24,000 nt of DNA from Coleofasciculus sp. E2-BRE-01 (GTDB taxonomy: Bacteria; Cyanobacteriota; Cyanobacteriia; Cyanobacteriales; Coleofasciculaceae): assembly GCA_040221695.1 (NCBI GenBank), contig JAVKEA010000190.1; one strand, 5' to 3'. The notes beneath the pieces are model-generated. The model was not told the DNA's origin. It searched no databases and saw only the letters and a list, made by a program, of their open reading frames with translations. The position numbers and the translations under genes are program-made. Below, piece by piece: positions 9,619 through 18,083 of the stretch. Numbering within the stretch: position 1 is the first letter of the stretch; each line of letters begins with the position of its first letter.

Positions 9619-10041
9619 TTACTGTCTCTGAGCAGCGATCGCTAATTTGGTTCCCTCAATTTGACGCAACCGATCCATCACACTCACCACCCGACCATGA
9701 TCAACTTTTTCATCAGCATTGACAATGACAAGGGATTCACTATTCGGCACAACTAAAGCGCGAACGGCTTCTTCAAGCGCCTCTAATTCAATCGGCTGGC
9801 GATTCAGGGCAATTTTTCCATCGGGCTGAATCGTAACCGTAATTTCAGTACTCGGCTGATTTTGGGCAGTTGTAGCATTCGGTAAATTCACCGACAACCC
9901 TTCTGAACGGGTCAAGTATAGCGTCGAAATAATGAAAAATGCCAAAATCGAGAAAATCACATCGATCATCGGCACGATGTTAATTTCTCCTGGCTTCTCT
10001 GACTCATCGGGAAGCCGCATAAACCTCTCTCCTTTGCTCAT
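9619..10041 (-). CDS. exbD: Biopolymer transport protein ExbD
   Basis: 140 aa: INIVPMIDVIFSILAFFIISTLYLTRSEGLSVNLPNATTAQ..., single TM and ExbD/TolR signature. Confidence 0.93.
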   Translation of the reverse strand: MSKGERFMRLPDESEKPGEINIVPMIDVIFSILAFFIISTLYLTRSEGLSVNLPNATTAQNQPSTEITVTIQPDGKIALNRQPIELEALEEAVRALVVPNSESLVIVNADEKVDHGRVVSVMDRLRQIEGTKLAIAAQRQ

Positions 10042-10654
10042 ATTGACGACGATAAAGCAGTTCTAACTGACCGCCATATTCCTGAATCAACGCCAGTTGT
10101 CGCTGATAAAAGCTCCGGAAAATATTGGAGAAAAAGAGGGTGAAAATTGCCACAACCAACCCCATGACGGTTGAAACCAAAGCTTCGGAAATTCCCCCCG
10201 TGACTCCCGTCGTGCGGGTTCCGCCAACATCACCAATATTCAGGGAAGAAAACGCTGTTATCAAGCCCAAAATCGTTCCCAAAAGACCGAGGAGAGGAGA
10301 AATACCAACAATCGTATCAAACACGGTATTAAATCGCTTCAACGTTGGCAATTCTGCCTGAGCTGCACTCTCTAAAGCCAGACGGAATTCCTCCGGGTTG
10401 GGGTTGTCAAGCTCTAACGCTTCGAGAAAAATCTTGGCAATCGGCAAATCAGCATTCTGCTGTAGATAGTTGATCGCCACGTCTGGCTTTTCTCGGTAAA
10501 GCTTCAGAACGTCTCTCACAACTCGGCGTTGCCGACGAGTGACCCGAAACCAAAAAAACAATCGCTCTACAATCAGGGTGACTGCCGCCAGGGAAAATAG
10601 GAGTAGGGGCCAAGCGACGATTCCGCCTGACTGGAAAAATGGAATAATGGGCAT
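10004..10654 (-). CDS. exbB: Biopolymer transport protein ExbB (MotA/TolQ/ExbB proton channel)
   Basis: 216 aa: FFQSGGIVAWPLLLFSLAAVTLIVERLFFWFR ... FDTIVGISPLLGLLGTILGLITAF ... GGISEALVSTVMGLVVAIF. Overlaps exbD by 38 bp. Confidence 0.94.
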   Translation of the reverse strand: MPIIPFFQSGGIVAWPLLLFSLAAVTLIVERLFFWFRVTRRQRRVVRDVLKLYREKPDVAINYLQQNADLPIAKIFLEALELDNPNPEEFRLALESAAQAELPTLKRFNTVFDTIVGISPLLGLLGTILGLITAFSSLNIGDVGGTRTTGVTGGISEALVSTVMGLVVAIFTLFFSNIFRSFYQRQLALIQEYGGQLELLYRRQYEQRREVYAASR

Positions 10655-10720
10655 AGCCTCTCTTGCAATTGTGATTCAACAAGCTCAGCCAGCTTTCCGG
10701 CGTACCGTGAGAGTACAAGC

Positions 10721-10736
10721 TGATAATTATTTTCAA
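10721..10736 (-). promoter_or_regulatory. Putative iron-responsive operator upstream of exbB
   Basis: Minus strand reads TTGAAAATAATTATCA, 15/16 identical to a site upstream of tonB; contains a GATAAT-type Fur-like half-site. Confidence 0.4.
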
Positions 10737-10938
10737 TAGATGTATTCCTAAATCGGTTTCCTTGTCAAGGTGTTGAGCGAAATATTTTTCGTTACTCAAG
10801 AGTCTGCTAGGACGTTTAGCGATCGCTTATCCAGCCAAAACCACGGATAATCGGGCGTTTAGCGACTCTTGGGGGGACTAAGTTCGGAACTCTTCCTACT
10901 TGACAGGAATAGTGAATTGGTGTAGTTAAGCCAATTTG

Positions 10939-10954
10939 TTGAAAATAACTATCA
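10939..10954 (+). promoter_or_regulatory. Putative iron-responsive operator upstream of tonB
   Basis: TTGAAAATAACTATCA; matches the exbB-upstream site on the opposite strand. Confidence 0.4.
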
Positions 10955-11102
10955 AAACAATTTTGTGGATATTCGTGACTAGGTTTGTCATGTTATACTT
11001 GCCAAGTTCATTTATTGTTTCACCGTTAATGCAACTTATATGCAATAATCTGGAGTGGTTGAGACGATAGGCGCTTGAGTAATCAGGAAAGGTGCGTAGC
11101 GT

Positions 11103-12863
11103 ATGAGCATATCGAGCTTCTGTATAGAGCAGCACAAAAAAGAACAAGAGGCTCTCAAAAAGTTTCTCATCTACAGCTTTGCTGGGAGTGCGGTGCTGCA
11201 TATAGTGCTAGCCCTTGGCATAAGCTGGGCTTGGGAAACAAGACCAGAACTTGCCGAAGACCCCATTGAAATCATACTTGTGGAGGAACCTGAAGTACCT
11301 AAACCAGAAGAACAACCTCTAAAAGAGACTCCAAAGCCAAAAGCAAAGACAGTTGAAACCCTAACTCCACCGCAACCGACCAAAACGCAGATACCAGAGC
11401 CAATTAAACCGCAGCAACGGGCTGACGCTTTACCTCAAAAACCCGTCCAGCAACCCGTACCTGCTCTACCAGCAACACCTCAAAAACCCGTAACGCCACC
11501 TGCACCCACCTCAGTAGAGCCACCCACTGAACCGACAAGGGAACGCAGCCCCGTTGTTACACCTCCCTCAGAACCCGTTCGTGAACCCTCAGAACCTGCT
11601 CTATCACCACCTGAACCCGTAGCCATTAATAATTCAGCACCGCCACGCCCAGAAAACAATTCCCAACCACTTCAGACTGACTCAGACGTAGGAAAACTTA
11701 GAGAACGCTTAAGCGAACCAACGACGACACAATCAACAGCACCACCCAATGATGACGCCTCTGAAGCCAACCCCACATCCCCAGGTGCAGTGGCAACCAA
11801 TCCCTCTGCACCCCCACGACCCAGAGGAGTTTCTGGAATACTTTCTGATGCGTCAAAGATTACCGAAAACATCAGAGATCGCTTAGGCGGTAGCTTTTCA
11901 GAATCGACAGGTTCTCCAAGTGCCGAAGACTCAATGGCTGACCCTGGCTTGCCAGGAGCAGTGGCGACCAATCCCTCAGCCCCTACACGACCCAGCGGTA
12001 CTTCCCAACCGCTTTCAGGTTCTTCTTCGGGTTCCCAACCATTCAGAGAAAGCTTGGGCGGTGGCAGTTCTGGCGAACGAGCTTCATCAAGTGAGGGCGA
12101 CTCAATAGCTAATCCTGGCTTGCCAGGAGCAGTGGCGACCAATACCTCAGCTCCTACGCGACCAAAACCAGGGGGTAACGCAGGGGGGGATCGAACTGAA
12201 GATGGAGGCGGGGGATTGCGTTGTATTAGGGGGTGCAATCCCGATTATCCATCCTCTTTGGAAGGTGAGGAAGGGAGAGTCCCTGTCAATGTTGAGCTGG
12301 ATAGAAACGGTAATGTAGTGAATGCGCGAGCGAGTGGAGGTACTCGCAGTAGACAATTTGTGCAAGAAGCGGAGGCAGCCACCAGGAGGATGAAGTTTAC
12401 AAAACCTGAAGGTAGAGACCGTGTTACCGTCACAGTAAATATTAACTTTACACAACCAGGCTCTGAGTTTGATCGCCAAGCTCGCGAACGTCGAGAACAG
12501 AATGAGCGCGAACGCCAGCAGAGAGAACAGGAGCGTCAGGCGCAGCTCGAACAGGAACGCCAAGAACGGGAACGTCAGGCGCAGCTTGAACAGGAACGCA
12601 AAGAACAAGAACGCCAAGAGCAACTCGAACGCGAACGTCAAGAACAGCTCGAACGCGAACGTCAAGAACAAGAACGTCAAGAACAACTTGAACGCGAACG
12701 CCAAGAACAAGAACGTCAAGAACAACTTGAACGCGAACGCCAAGAACAAGAACGTCAAGAACAACTTGAACGCGAACGCCAAGAACAAGAACGTCAAGAA
12801 CAACTCGAACGCGAACGCCAAGAACAGGTGGAAGAAGTACCCCCTCCCGAACCTACAGAGTAA
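11103..12863 (+). CDS. TonB-family energy transducer with proline-rich/repetitive linker and C-terminal E/R/Q repeat extension
   Basis: 586 aa. N-terminal TM (FAGSAVLHIVLALGISWAW), EDPIEIILVEEPEVPKPEEQP and Pro-rich linker, TonB-like C-terminal domain GCNPDYPSSLEGEEGRVPVNVELDRNGNVVNARASGGTRSRQFVQEAEAATRRMKFTKPEGRDRVTVTVNINF, then about 130 residues of RQEQLERER-type repeat. Confidence 0.88.
   Translation: MSISSFCIEQHKKEQEALKKFLIYSFAGSAVLHIVLALGISWAWETRPELAEDPIEIILVEEPEVPKPEEQPLKETPKPKAKTVETLTPPQPTKTQIPEPIKPQQRADALPQKPVQQPVPALPATPQKPVTPPAPTSVEPPTEPTRERSPVVTPPSEPVREPSEPALSPPEPVAINNSAPPRPENNSQPLQTDSDVGKLRERLSEPTTTQSTAPPNDDASEANPTSPGAVATNPSAPPRPRGVSGILSDASKITENIRDRLGGSFSESTGSPSAEDSMADPGLPGAVATNPSAPTRPSGTSQPLSGSSSGSQPFRESLGGGSSGERASSSEGDSIANPGLPGAVATNTSAPTRPKPGGNAGGDRTEDGGGGLRCIRGCNPDYPSSLEGEEGRVPVNVELDRNGNVVNARASGGTRSRQFVQEAEAATRRMKFTKPEGRDRVTVTVNINFTQPGSEFDRQARERREQNERERQQREQERQAQLEQERQERERQAQLEQERKEQERQEQLERERQEQLERERQEQERQEQLERERQEQERQEQLERERQEQERQEQLERERQEQERQEQLERERQEQVEEVPPPEPTE
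11781..12163 (+). repeat. Three in-frame repeats with exact 171-bp (57-aa) period in the TonB linker
   Basis: CCAGG(T/A)GCAGTGGC(A/G)ACCAAT... begins at 11781, 11952 and 12123; encodes PGAVATN(P/T)SAP(P/T)RP. Confidence 0.85.
12663..12818 (+). repeat. Four tandem 39-bp copies encoding QEQERQEQLERER
   Basis: Unit CAAGAACAAGAACGTCAAGAACAACTTGAACGCGAACGC at 12663-12701, 12702-12740, 12741-12779 (identical) and 12780-12818 (one substitution). Confidence 0.95.
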
Positions 12864-12953
12864 GACTGTAACCCAATGCCAGATGCAATCTCTAAAAATA
12901 ACTCAACAATTAGCCCCATCTATTTCAATTTCAATAAAGGAGGTATTTGTCTA

Positions 12954-14015
12954 ATGCTTCGTACAATCGGACGATTCGGAATAACGTTACTTATTGCCTC
13001 AAGCGTAGATATTGCCAGCCATGTTATCAATCCCTCGATCGCAGTAGCAGGTGTTGTAACCTTACCCGATGGGGGTCGCTGTGAAGGGGCAATGAGCAAC
13101 GGTAACCTCAACGGTGAAGTCGTCTGTGAATACGCGAATGGCGATCGCTATGAAGGAAACTTTGTCGATGGTAACAAGAAAGGTCAAGGCACCTACACCT
13201 TTGCTGATGGCGGTCGTTATGAAGGTGAGTTTAGCAACGACCAACCCAATGGCAAAGGTGTTCGGGTGTACGAAAATGGCGATCGCTACGAAGGGGAGTT
13301 TAAGGACGGTCAGCCTAACGGTACGGGAACCTACATTAGCGCCGATGGCGGTCGCTATGAGGGACAGTTTACGGATGGCAATCCCAGCGGTACAGGAGCC
13401 TTTATTTTAGCCAATGGCGATCGCTGTGAAGGCGAAATTCAAGACGCTAACCTCAATGGTATGGGGGTGTGCGACTATGCTAATGGCGATCGCTATGAAG
13501 GTGAACTGAGTGATGGTAAGGCGAACGGTCAAGGAGTCTACACCTTCTCTGAGGGGGGGCGCTACGAAGGAACGTTTAGCAATGGTCAGTTCAGTGGCAA
13601 AGGGGTTCGGGACTATCCCAATGGCAATCGCTACGAAGGGGAATTTAGTAATGGCAAACCCGAGGGTCAAGGCGTGTACGTCTTCGCTAATGGAAACCGC
13701 TACGAAGGTCAATTCAGTAACGGTAAATTTAACGGCGAAGGTGTTTTCACCGACGCCAATGGTAATCGTTACGAAGGACAGTTTAGTAACGGTAAGTTCA
13801 ACGGCACTGGAATTTATACGTTTGCTAATGGCGATCGCTGCGAAGGACAGTTCAGTGAGGGTCAGTTAAACGGCAAAGCTGTCTGTAACTATGCCAGTGG
13901 GGATAGCTTTGAAGGAGAATTCCTCAATGGACAAAGGCAGGGAGAAGGTGTCTATATTTTCGCTGACGGAACCCGTGTGGAGGGAAATTGGGAAAATGGG
14001 GAGATTCAAAATTAG
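12954..14015 (+). CDS. Secreted MORN-repeat protein (13 full 23-aa repeats plus one partial)
   Basis: Tandem YEGxFxNGxxxGxGxYxxxNGxR units. The ORF track starts at 12876, but a strong Shine-Dalgarno AAAGGAGG (12936-12943) sits 10 nt before ATG 12954, which also starts a signal-like MLRTIGRFGITLLIASSVDIASHVINPSIAVAG. Confidence 0.88.
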   Translation: MLRTIGRFGITLLIASSVDIASHVINPSIAVAGVVTLPDGGRCEGAMSNGNLNGEVVCEYANGDRYEGNFVDGNKKGQGTYTFADGGRYEGEFSNDQPNGKGVRVYENGDRYEGEFKDGQPNGTGTYISADGGRYEGQFTDGNPSGTGAFILANGDRCEGEIQDANLNGMGVCDYANGDRYEGELSDGKANGQGVYTFSEGGRYEGTFSNGQFSGKGVRDYPNGNRYEGEFSNGKPEGQGVYVFANGNRYEGQFSNGKFNGEGVFTDANGNRYEGQFSNGKFNGTGIYTFANGDRCEGQFSEGQLNGKAVCNYASGDSFEGEFLNGQRQGEGVYIFADGTRVEGNWENGEIQN

Positions 14016-14096
14016 TTGGGGAATGGGGCTTTGGACATTGGCAGTGCTACAACCTTTCTAGTGGCGATTGGAATAGTTGATTGAGGGCAGAAGCGA

Positions 14097-15131
14097 TTGG
14101 TAAGCAAGAGTGCTACGGCAAGAGAAACGAGTAGGGGGCGATCGCGCCTTTTACTCCCCGTGGGTTTGTCTCTGAGTCTGTTGATTCTGCTCGTCAGCTT
14201 GGTGGCAAGCATTACCTATGGTGCCGCCGATATTTCCTTCGATACTGTCTATGCCGCTTTAACCAACTTTGATGGCTCTACCGATCACCTGATTATCCGC
14301 ACAGTCAGATTGCCGCGATCGCTGATTGCCATGCTAGTGGGTGCTGCCCTTGGGGTGGCAGGTGCCCTGATGCAGGGATTAACTCGCAACCCTTTAGCTT
14401 CGCCGGGAATCCTGGGAGTTAATGCGGGTGCGGCAATGGCAGTCGTCATCGCTGTTTTCCTCTTCGGCTCATCTTCCCTGAGTGTCTATGCTTGGTGTGC
14501 CTTTGGGGGGGCAGGTGTTACGGCAATCACCGTCTATTTGCTCGGATCTCTGGGTCGAGGGGGACTGACTCCACTCAACCTGACGATTGCGGGTGCGGCA
14601 TTGACTGCCTTACTGTCCTCACTCACCACTGCCATCCTCATCCTTAGCCAACAAACCCTGGATGAAATCCGCTTCTGGTTAGCTGGATCGGTGGCGGGTC
14701 GGGATTTCACGTTGTTCTTACAAGTGCTGCCTTACATCGGCATTGGATTAGCGATCGCGTTTGCCTTAGGGAAACAAATGACCACCCTAACTCTTGGTGA
14801 CGATGTGGCTAAAAGCTTGGGTCAACAAACCCTATGGGTGAAACTAACCGCCGCCGTGAGTGTGGTTTTGCTGGCAGGGAGCGCTGTCGCGGCAGCTGGT
14901 CCGATTGGATTTATTGGTCTGGTTGTTCCCCACATTGTCCGCTTTTTAGTGGGCGTTGATTATCGCTGGATTCTGCCTTATTCTGCCATTTTTGGTGCCA
15001 TCCTACTCCTGGTCGCTGATATCACTGCCAGGGTGTTGATTAGTCCTCAAGAACTGCCCGTGGGAGTCATGACTGCTCTAGTGGGCGCTCCGTTCTTCAT
15101 TTATCTGGCGCGGTTCAAGGTGAAACGGTGA
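14097..15131 (+). CDS. FecCD-family ABC transporter permease (iron-siderophore type), first subunit
   Basis: 344 aa: [50 protein letters not shown]..., [38 protein letters not shown]. The called start is TTG at 14097, so the start is uncertain. Confidence 0.93.
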   Translation: MVSKSATARETSRGRSRLLLPVGLSLSLLILLVSLVASITYGAADISFDTVYAALTNFDGSTDHLIIRTVRLPRSLIAMLVGAALGVAGALMQGLTRNPLASPGILGVNAGAAMAVVIAVFLFGSSSLSVYAWCAFGGAGVTAITVYLLGSLGRGGLTPLNLTIAGAALTALLSSLTTAILILSQQTLDEIRFWLAGSVAGRDFTLFLQVLPYIGIGLAIAFALGKQMTTLTLGDDVAKSLGQQTLWVKLTAAVSVVLLAGSAVAAAGPIGFIGLVVPHIVRFLVGVDYRWILPYSAIFGAILLLVADITARVLISPQELPVGVMTALVGAPFFIYLARFKVKR

Positions 15132-16174
15132 GAAAAAACTGGCTAGTTATTCGTCCTCGACTGTTGCCTATATCGTTCCGTATAGAACGGCGCGTACCAA
15201 CCGTACTACTCGTATTGGTTTTGGTGACTCTCGCGGCGATCGTGATCAATGTGGGGCAAGGGGAATATCCCATTCCACCATTGGCTGTTTTAAAAACGAT
15301 TGTGGGGTTGCCGACGGCTAACCCCGACTATGCCTTTATTGTGAATGTGCTGCGGTTGCCCAGAACGTTAGTCGCCTTTGGGGTAGGAGTAGGATTAGCC
15401 ATCTCTGGGACGATTCTGCAAGGACTGACACGCAATCCCTTAGCCGATCCCGGCATCATTGGCGTGAATGCGGGTGCGAGTTTAGCGGCTGTCAGTTTAA
15501 TCATTTTATTTCCAGATGTGCCGCTGTTTGCCCTACCTTTGTCTGCCTTTGCTGGAGCGTTGGTTGTTGCCATCTTTATCTACCTTCTGGCTTGGGATCA
15601 GGGCAGTTCTCCCATCCGGTTAATTCTCGTCGGTGTCGGGATAGCCGCTATCCTAGGGGCTTTGACGAATTTAATGGTCACATTGGGGGAAATTAATAGT
15701 GTCAGTCAGGCATTGGTTTGGCTGGCGGGAAGTGTCTACGGACGGGGTTGGCAGCATGTCGGGGCATTATTCCCTTGGCTGGCGGTGTTTGTACCCCTGT
15801 CGTTGGCGCTTTCGATGCCACTGAATGCCCTCTCACTGGGAGATGACCTTGCCAGAGGACTGGGGGCGAGAGTGGAGTGGCAGCGGGGTTTGTTATTGCT
15901 CATGAGTGCGGCAATGGCGGGTGCGGCTGTGGCTGTGGCGGGTACGGTTGGCTTTGTGGGATTGATGGCACCGCACTTGGGGCGTCAGTTGGTTGGACCC
16001 AATCACGAAGGGTTAATGCCAACAGCAGCGCTGATGGGTGGACTAATTATTGTGCTGGCTGATTGGTTGGCACGGGTACTCTTTGCACCCATCGAGTTGC
16101 CCTGTGGTGCGATTACCGCCGCTGTCGGTGCCCCTTATTTTCTCTATCTGCTGGTTCGCAACCGCAAGCGATGA
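15128..16174 (+). CDS. FecCD-family ABC transporter permease, second subunit
   Basis: 348 aa: [48 protein letters not shown]..., [42 protein letters not shown] start overlaps the previous stop (GTGA). Confidence 0.94.
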   Translation: MRKNWLVIRPRLLPISFRIERRVPTVLLVLVLVTLAAIVINVGQGEYPIPPLAVLKTIVGLPTANPDYAFIVNVLRLPRTLVAFGVGVGLAISGTILQGLTRNPLADPGIIGVNAGASLAAVSLIILFPDVPLFALPLSAFAGALVVAIFIYLLAWDQGSSPIRLILVGVGIAAILGALTNLMVTLGEINSVSQALVWLAGSVYGRGWQHVGALFPWLAVFVPLSLALSMPLNALSLGDDLARGLGARVEWQRGLLLLMSAAMAGAAVAVAGTVGFVGLMAPHLGRQLVGPNHEGLMPTAALMGGLIIVLADWLARVLFAPIELPCGAITAAVGAPYFLYLLVRNRKR

Positions 16175-16224
16175 CCCTATCTAATTTAGGGGTTGCTGAA
16201 TAAGTGTTGTGGTGAGGGGGAGCG

Positions 16225-16323
16225 GGGGAAGCTGGGGAAGCTGGGGGAGCTGGGGGAGCTGGGGAAGCTGGGGAAGCTGGGGAAGCTGGGGAAGCTGGGG
16301 AAGCTGGGGAAGCTGGGGGAGGT
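16225..16323 (+). repeat. Short tandem repeat, 9-bp unit GGGGAAGCT (10 units plus one degenerate)
   Basis: Direct reading; 8 units are GGGGAAGCT and 2 are GGGGGAGCT, all in phase; the last unit is GGGGGAGGT. Confidence 0.95.
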
Positions 16324-16349
16324 GAACTCAAAACTCTACCTTACCTATT

Positions 16350-16470
16350 GCCCATGAAACACCGAGCGAAGCCGAGGTGTTGCCCATTGCCTATTGCCCA
16401 TTACCCATTACCCATTGCCCATTGCCTATTGCCCATTGCCTATTGCCTATTGCCTATTCCCTGTTCCCTT
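16350..16470 (+). repeat. Degenerate heptamer tandem repeats (CCCATTG/CCTATTG/CCCATTA)
   Basis: Direct reading of ...ttgcccattgcctattgcccattacccattacccattgcccattgcctattgcc... Confidence 0.9.
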
Positions 16471-16507
16471 TCCTAACCAAAATGTCCTGCTTTAGACGGA
16501 TAACCAA

Positions 16508-17293
16508 ATGAGCTTATTGTCAACTCGCCGACTTTCTCTGGCGTATGATGGAACACCTGTGATCACGAACCTCGACCTGGCAATTCCTGTCGGGAAGATT
16601 ACGGCTTTGGTTGGACCCAACGGCTGTGGCAAATCAACCCTGTTGCGGGGACTGGCGAGGTTGCTCAAGCCTTGTGCAGGTACAGTTTACTTAGACGGGA
16701 CTGATATTTTCAAGCGCTCAACCAAAGCTGTGGCGAAGCGATTGGGAATTCTCCCCCAAAGTCCAGTAGCTCCGGAGGGGTTGACGGTTCGAGATTTGGT
16801 CGCTCAGGGTCGTTACCCTTACCATAACTGGTTGCAGCAATGGTCAAAAGATGATGAAATCCTGGTGGAGAAGGCGCTTTTCATTACAGGGATAACCCAA
16901 CTGGCAGACCGAGTATTGGACACGCTTTCGGGTGGACAACGACAACGAGCTTGGATTGCTATGGCACTAGCTCAGGATACAGAGATTCTGCTATTGGATG
17001 AACCGACAACGTTTTTAGACTTGGCGCATCAAGTCGAGGTATTGGATTTGTTGTATGAGTTGAACCAGAGCGAAGGGCGGACGATTGTTATGGTACTGCA
17101 CGACCTGAATCAGGCGTGTCGCTACGCCAATCATCTGGTTGCCGTGCGCCAGGGTCAAGTTTATACAAAAGGAGAGCCAATGCAAGTTGTGACGGAGGCG
17201 ATGGTGCGTGAAGTGTTTGGTTTGGAGTGTCGGATTGTGCCTGACCCGGTAGCGGGGACGCCAATGTGTGTACCAATGGGTCGTTGGGTGTAA
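16508..17293 (+). CDS. ABC transporter ATP-binding protein, FecE/FhuC/FepC family
   Basis: 261 aa: Walker [10 protein letters not shown], signature [17 protein letters not shown], Walker [15 protein letters not shown]-loop [10 protein letters not shown]. Confidence 0.95.
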   Translation: MSLLSTRRLSLAYDGTPVITNLDLAIPVGKITALVGPNGCGKSTLLRGLARLLKPCAGTVYLDGTDIFKRSTKAVAKRLGILPQSPVAPEGLTVRDLVAQGRYPYHNWLQQWSKDDEILVEKALFITGITQLADRVLDTLSGGQRQRAWIAMALAQDTEILLLDEPTTFLDLAHQVEVLDLLYELNQSEGRTIVMVLHDLNQACRYANHLVAVRQGQVYTKGEPMQVVTEAMVREVFGLECRIVPDPVAGTPMCVPMGRWV

Positions 17294-17324
17294 GTAGGGG
17301 CTGCTGAATAAGTATTGGGGAGAT

Positions 17325-17358
17325 GGGGAGCTGGGGAAGCTGGGGAAGCTGGGGGAGC
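17325..17358 (+). repeat. Short GGGGAAGCT-type tandem repeat after the ABC ATPase gene
   Basis: ggggagctggggaagctggggaagctgggggagc; same family as the 16225-16323 array. Confidence 0.85.
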
Positions 17359-17695
17359 AAGGGAAGCAGTGATACATTTTCCCTGATAGCGGTGCAAGGG
17401 TATGAAAGGGGTTTTACCTTATGTCCTTGAAGATAAGCTAATGTCCATGCTACTCAAAGCCTTGATAGCTAAGGGTTTTGGACTTGCGCCGCAAACCCTA
17501 AGTAGGTGGACACAATCAAAGCTAACGGTGGAGATCGTCATTTGTCATTCGTCATTCGTCATTCGTCATAAGCTGTTCGGCATTTAAACCTTAATGTCAA
17601 GAATGGCAAAATCCTTGTAGTGCGAGCATCTTGCTCGCTGCTAATATAGCACTACGCTCTAAGGTTAGGACAAAAAAAGAAAAATTTAAATCGCT

Positions 17696-17824
17696 TGACC
17701 CTGAATTTCGACAGGACTTCGGCGTGAGCGCGACTCGACTGAGCGCTCGCCGAACGTCTCAGTCGAACGCTCAATTGCCGCGAAGCGACGCCCTGAGTGT
17801 GCCGAAGGGTCGAAGGGTCAATCC
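17696..17824. repeat. Dispersed inverted-repeat element (TTGACCCT ... AGGGTCAA) with internal CGAAG/CTTCG-rich palindromes
   Basis: Ends TTGACCCT and AGGGTCAA are reverse complements; a short version of the same element is at 19078-19105. Confidence 0.7.
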
Positions 17825-17979
17825 CTTGTCAGCTAAGCTTTTGTCTTCACTATTGCCTATGACACACCGAGCGAAGTCGAGGTGTTGCCTATTGCCTATT
17901 CCCGCTTCGCGTAGCGCTATAACTGCATAGGTTCCAAAACGTCAGAGATATAAAGGGTTATGCTCCTTCCTACATAACC

Positions 17980-18008
17980 CCCTCAGGCAATATCTGAGGG
18001 TTTTTTTT
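17980..18008 (+). terminator. Rho-independent terminator
   Basis: CCCTCAG-gcaatat-CTGAGGG followed by TTTTTTTT. Confidence 0.8.
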
Positions 18009-18083
18009 GACTTTTCACCTTTTTTTCACAATTGTTCGATAGGTTTAATCATAGTTGTTACCCTGATGTGGAAGTGATTACCC

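Noticed and set aside
11672-12238. 188-aa minus-strand ORF
   Set aside because: Antisense to the proline-rich TonB linker; no independent coding signal.
12147-12821. 224-aa minus-strand ORF (MAFAFELFLTFLFLAFAF...) with membrane-like repeats
   Set aside because: Antisense of the E/R/Q repeat of the TonB-like gene; the hydrophobic pattern is a by-product of GAA/CGC/CAA codons.
12469-12954. 161-aa plus-strand ORF (NANAKNKNVKNN repeats)
   Set aside because: Out-of-frame translation of the 39-bp tandem repeat inside the TonB-like CDS.
13062-13869. Overlapping ORFs on both strands across the MORN region (98, 119, 101 aa)
   Set aside because: Periodic out-of-frame reads of MORN repeats; the in-frame MORN pattern is continuous and has a good RBS.
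16113-16331. Proline/serine-rich 72-aa minus ORF (PASPASPASP)
   Set aside because: Produced by the GGGGAAGCT tandem array; non-coding repeat. The same applies to 17015-17377 and 17161-17397 minus ORFs.
16225-16470. Possible CRISPR array because of regular short repeats
   Set aside because: Units are 7-9 bp contiguous tandem repeats with no unique spacers; no cas genes seen.
17622-17638. GCGAGCA-TCT-TGCTCGC hairpin as terminator
   Set aside because: No T-tract follows; appears to be another dispersed palindrome.
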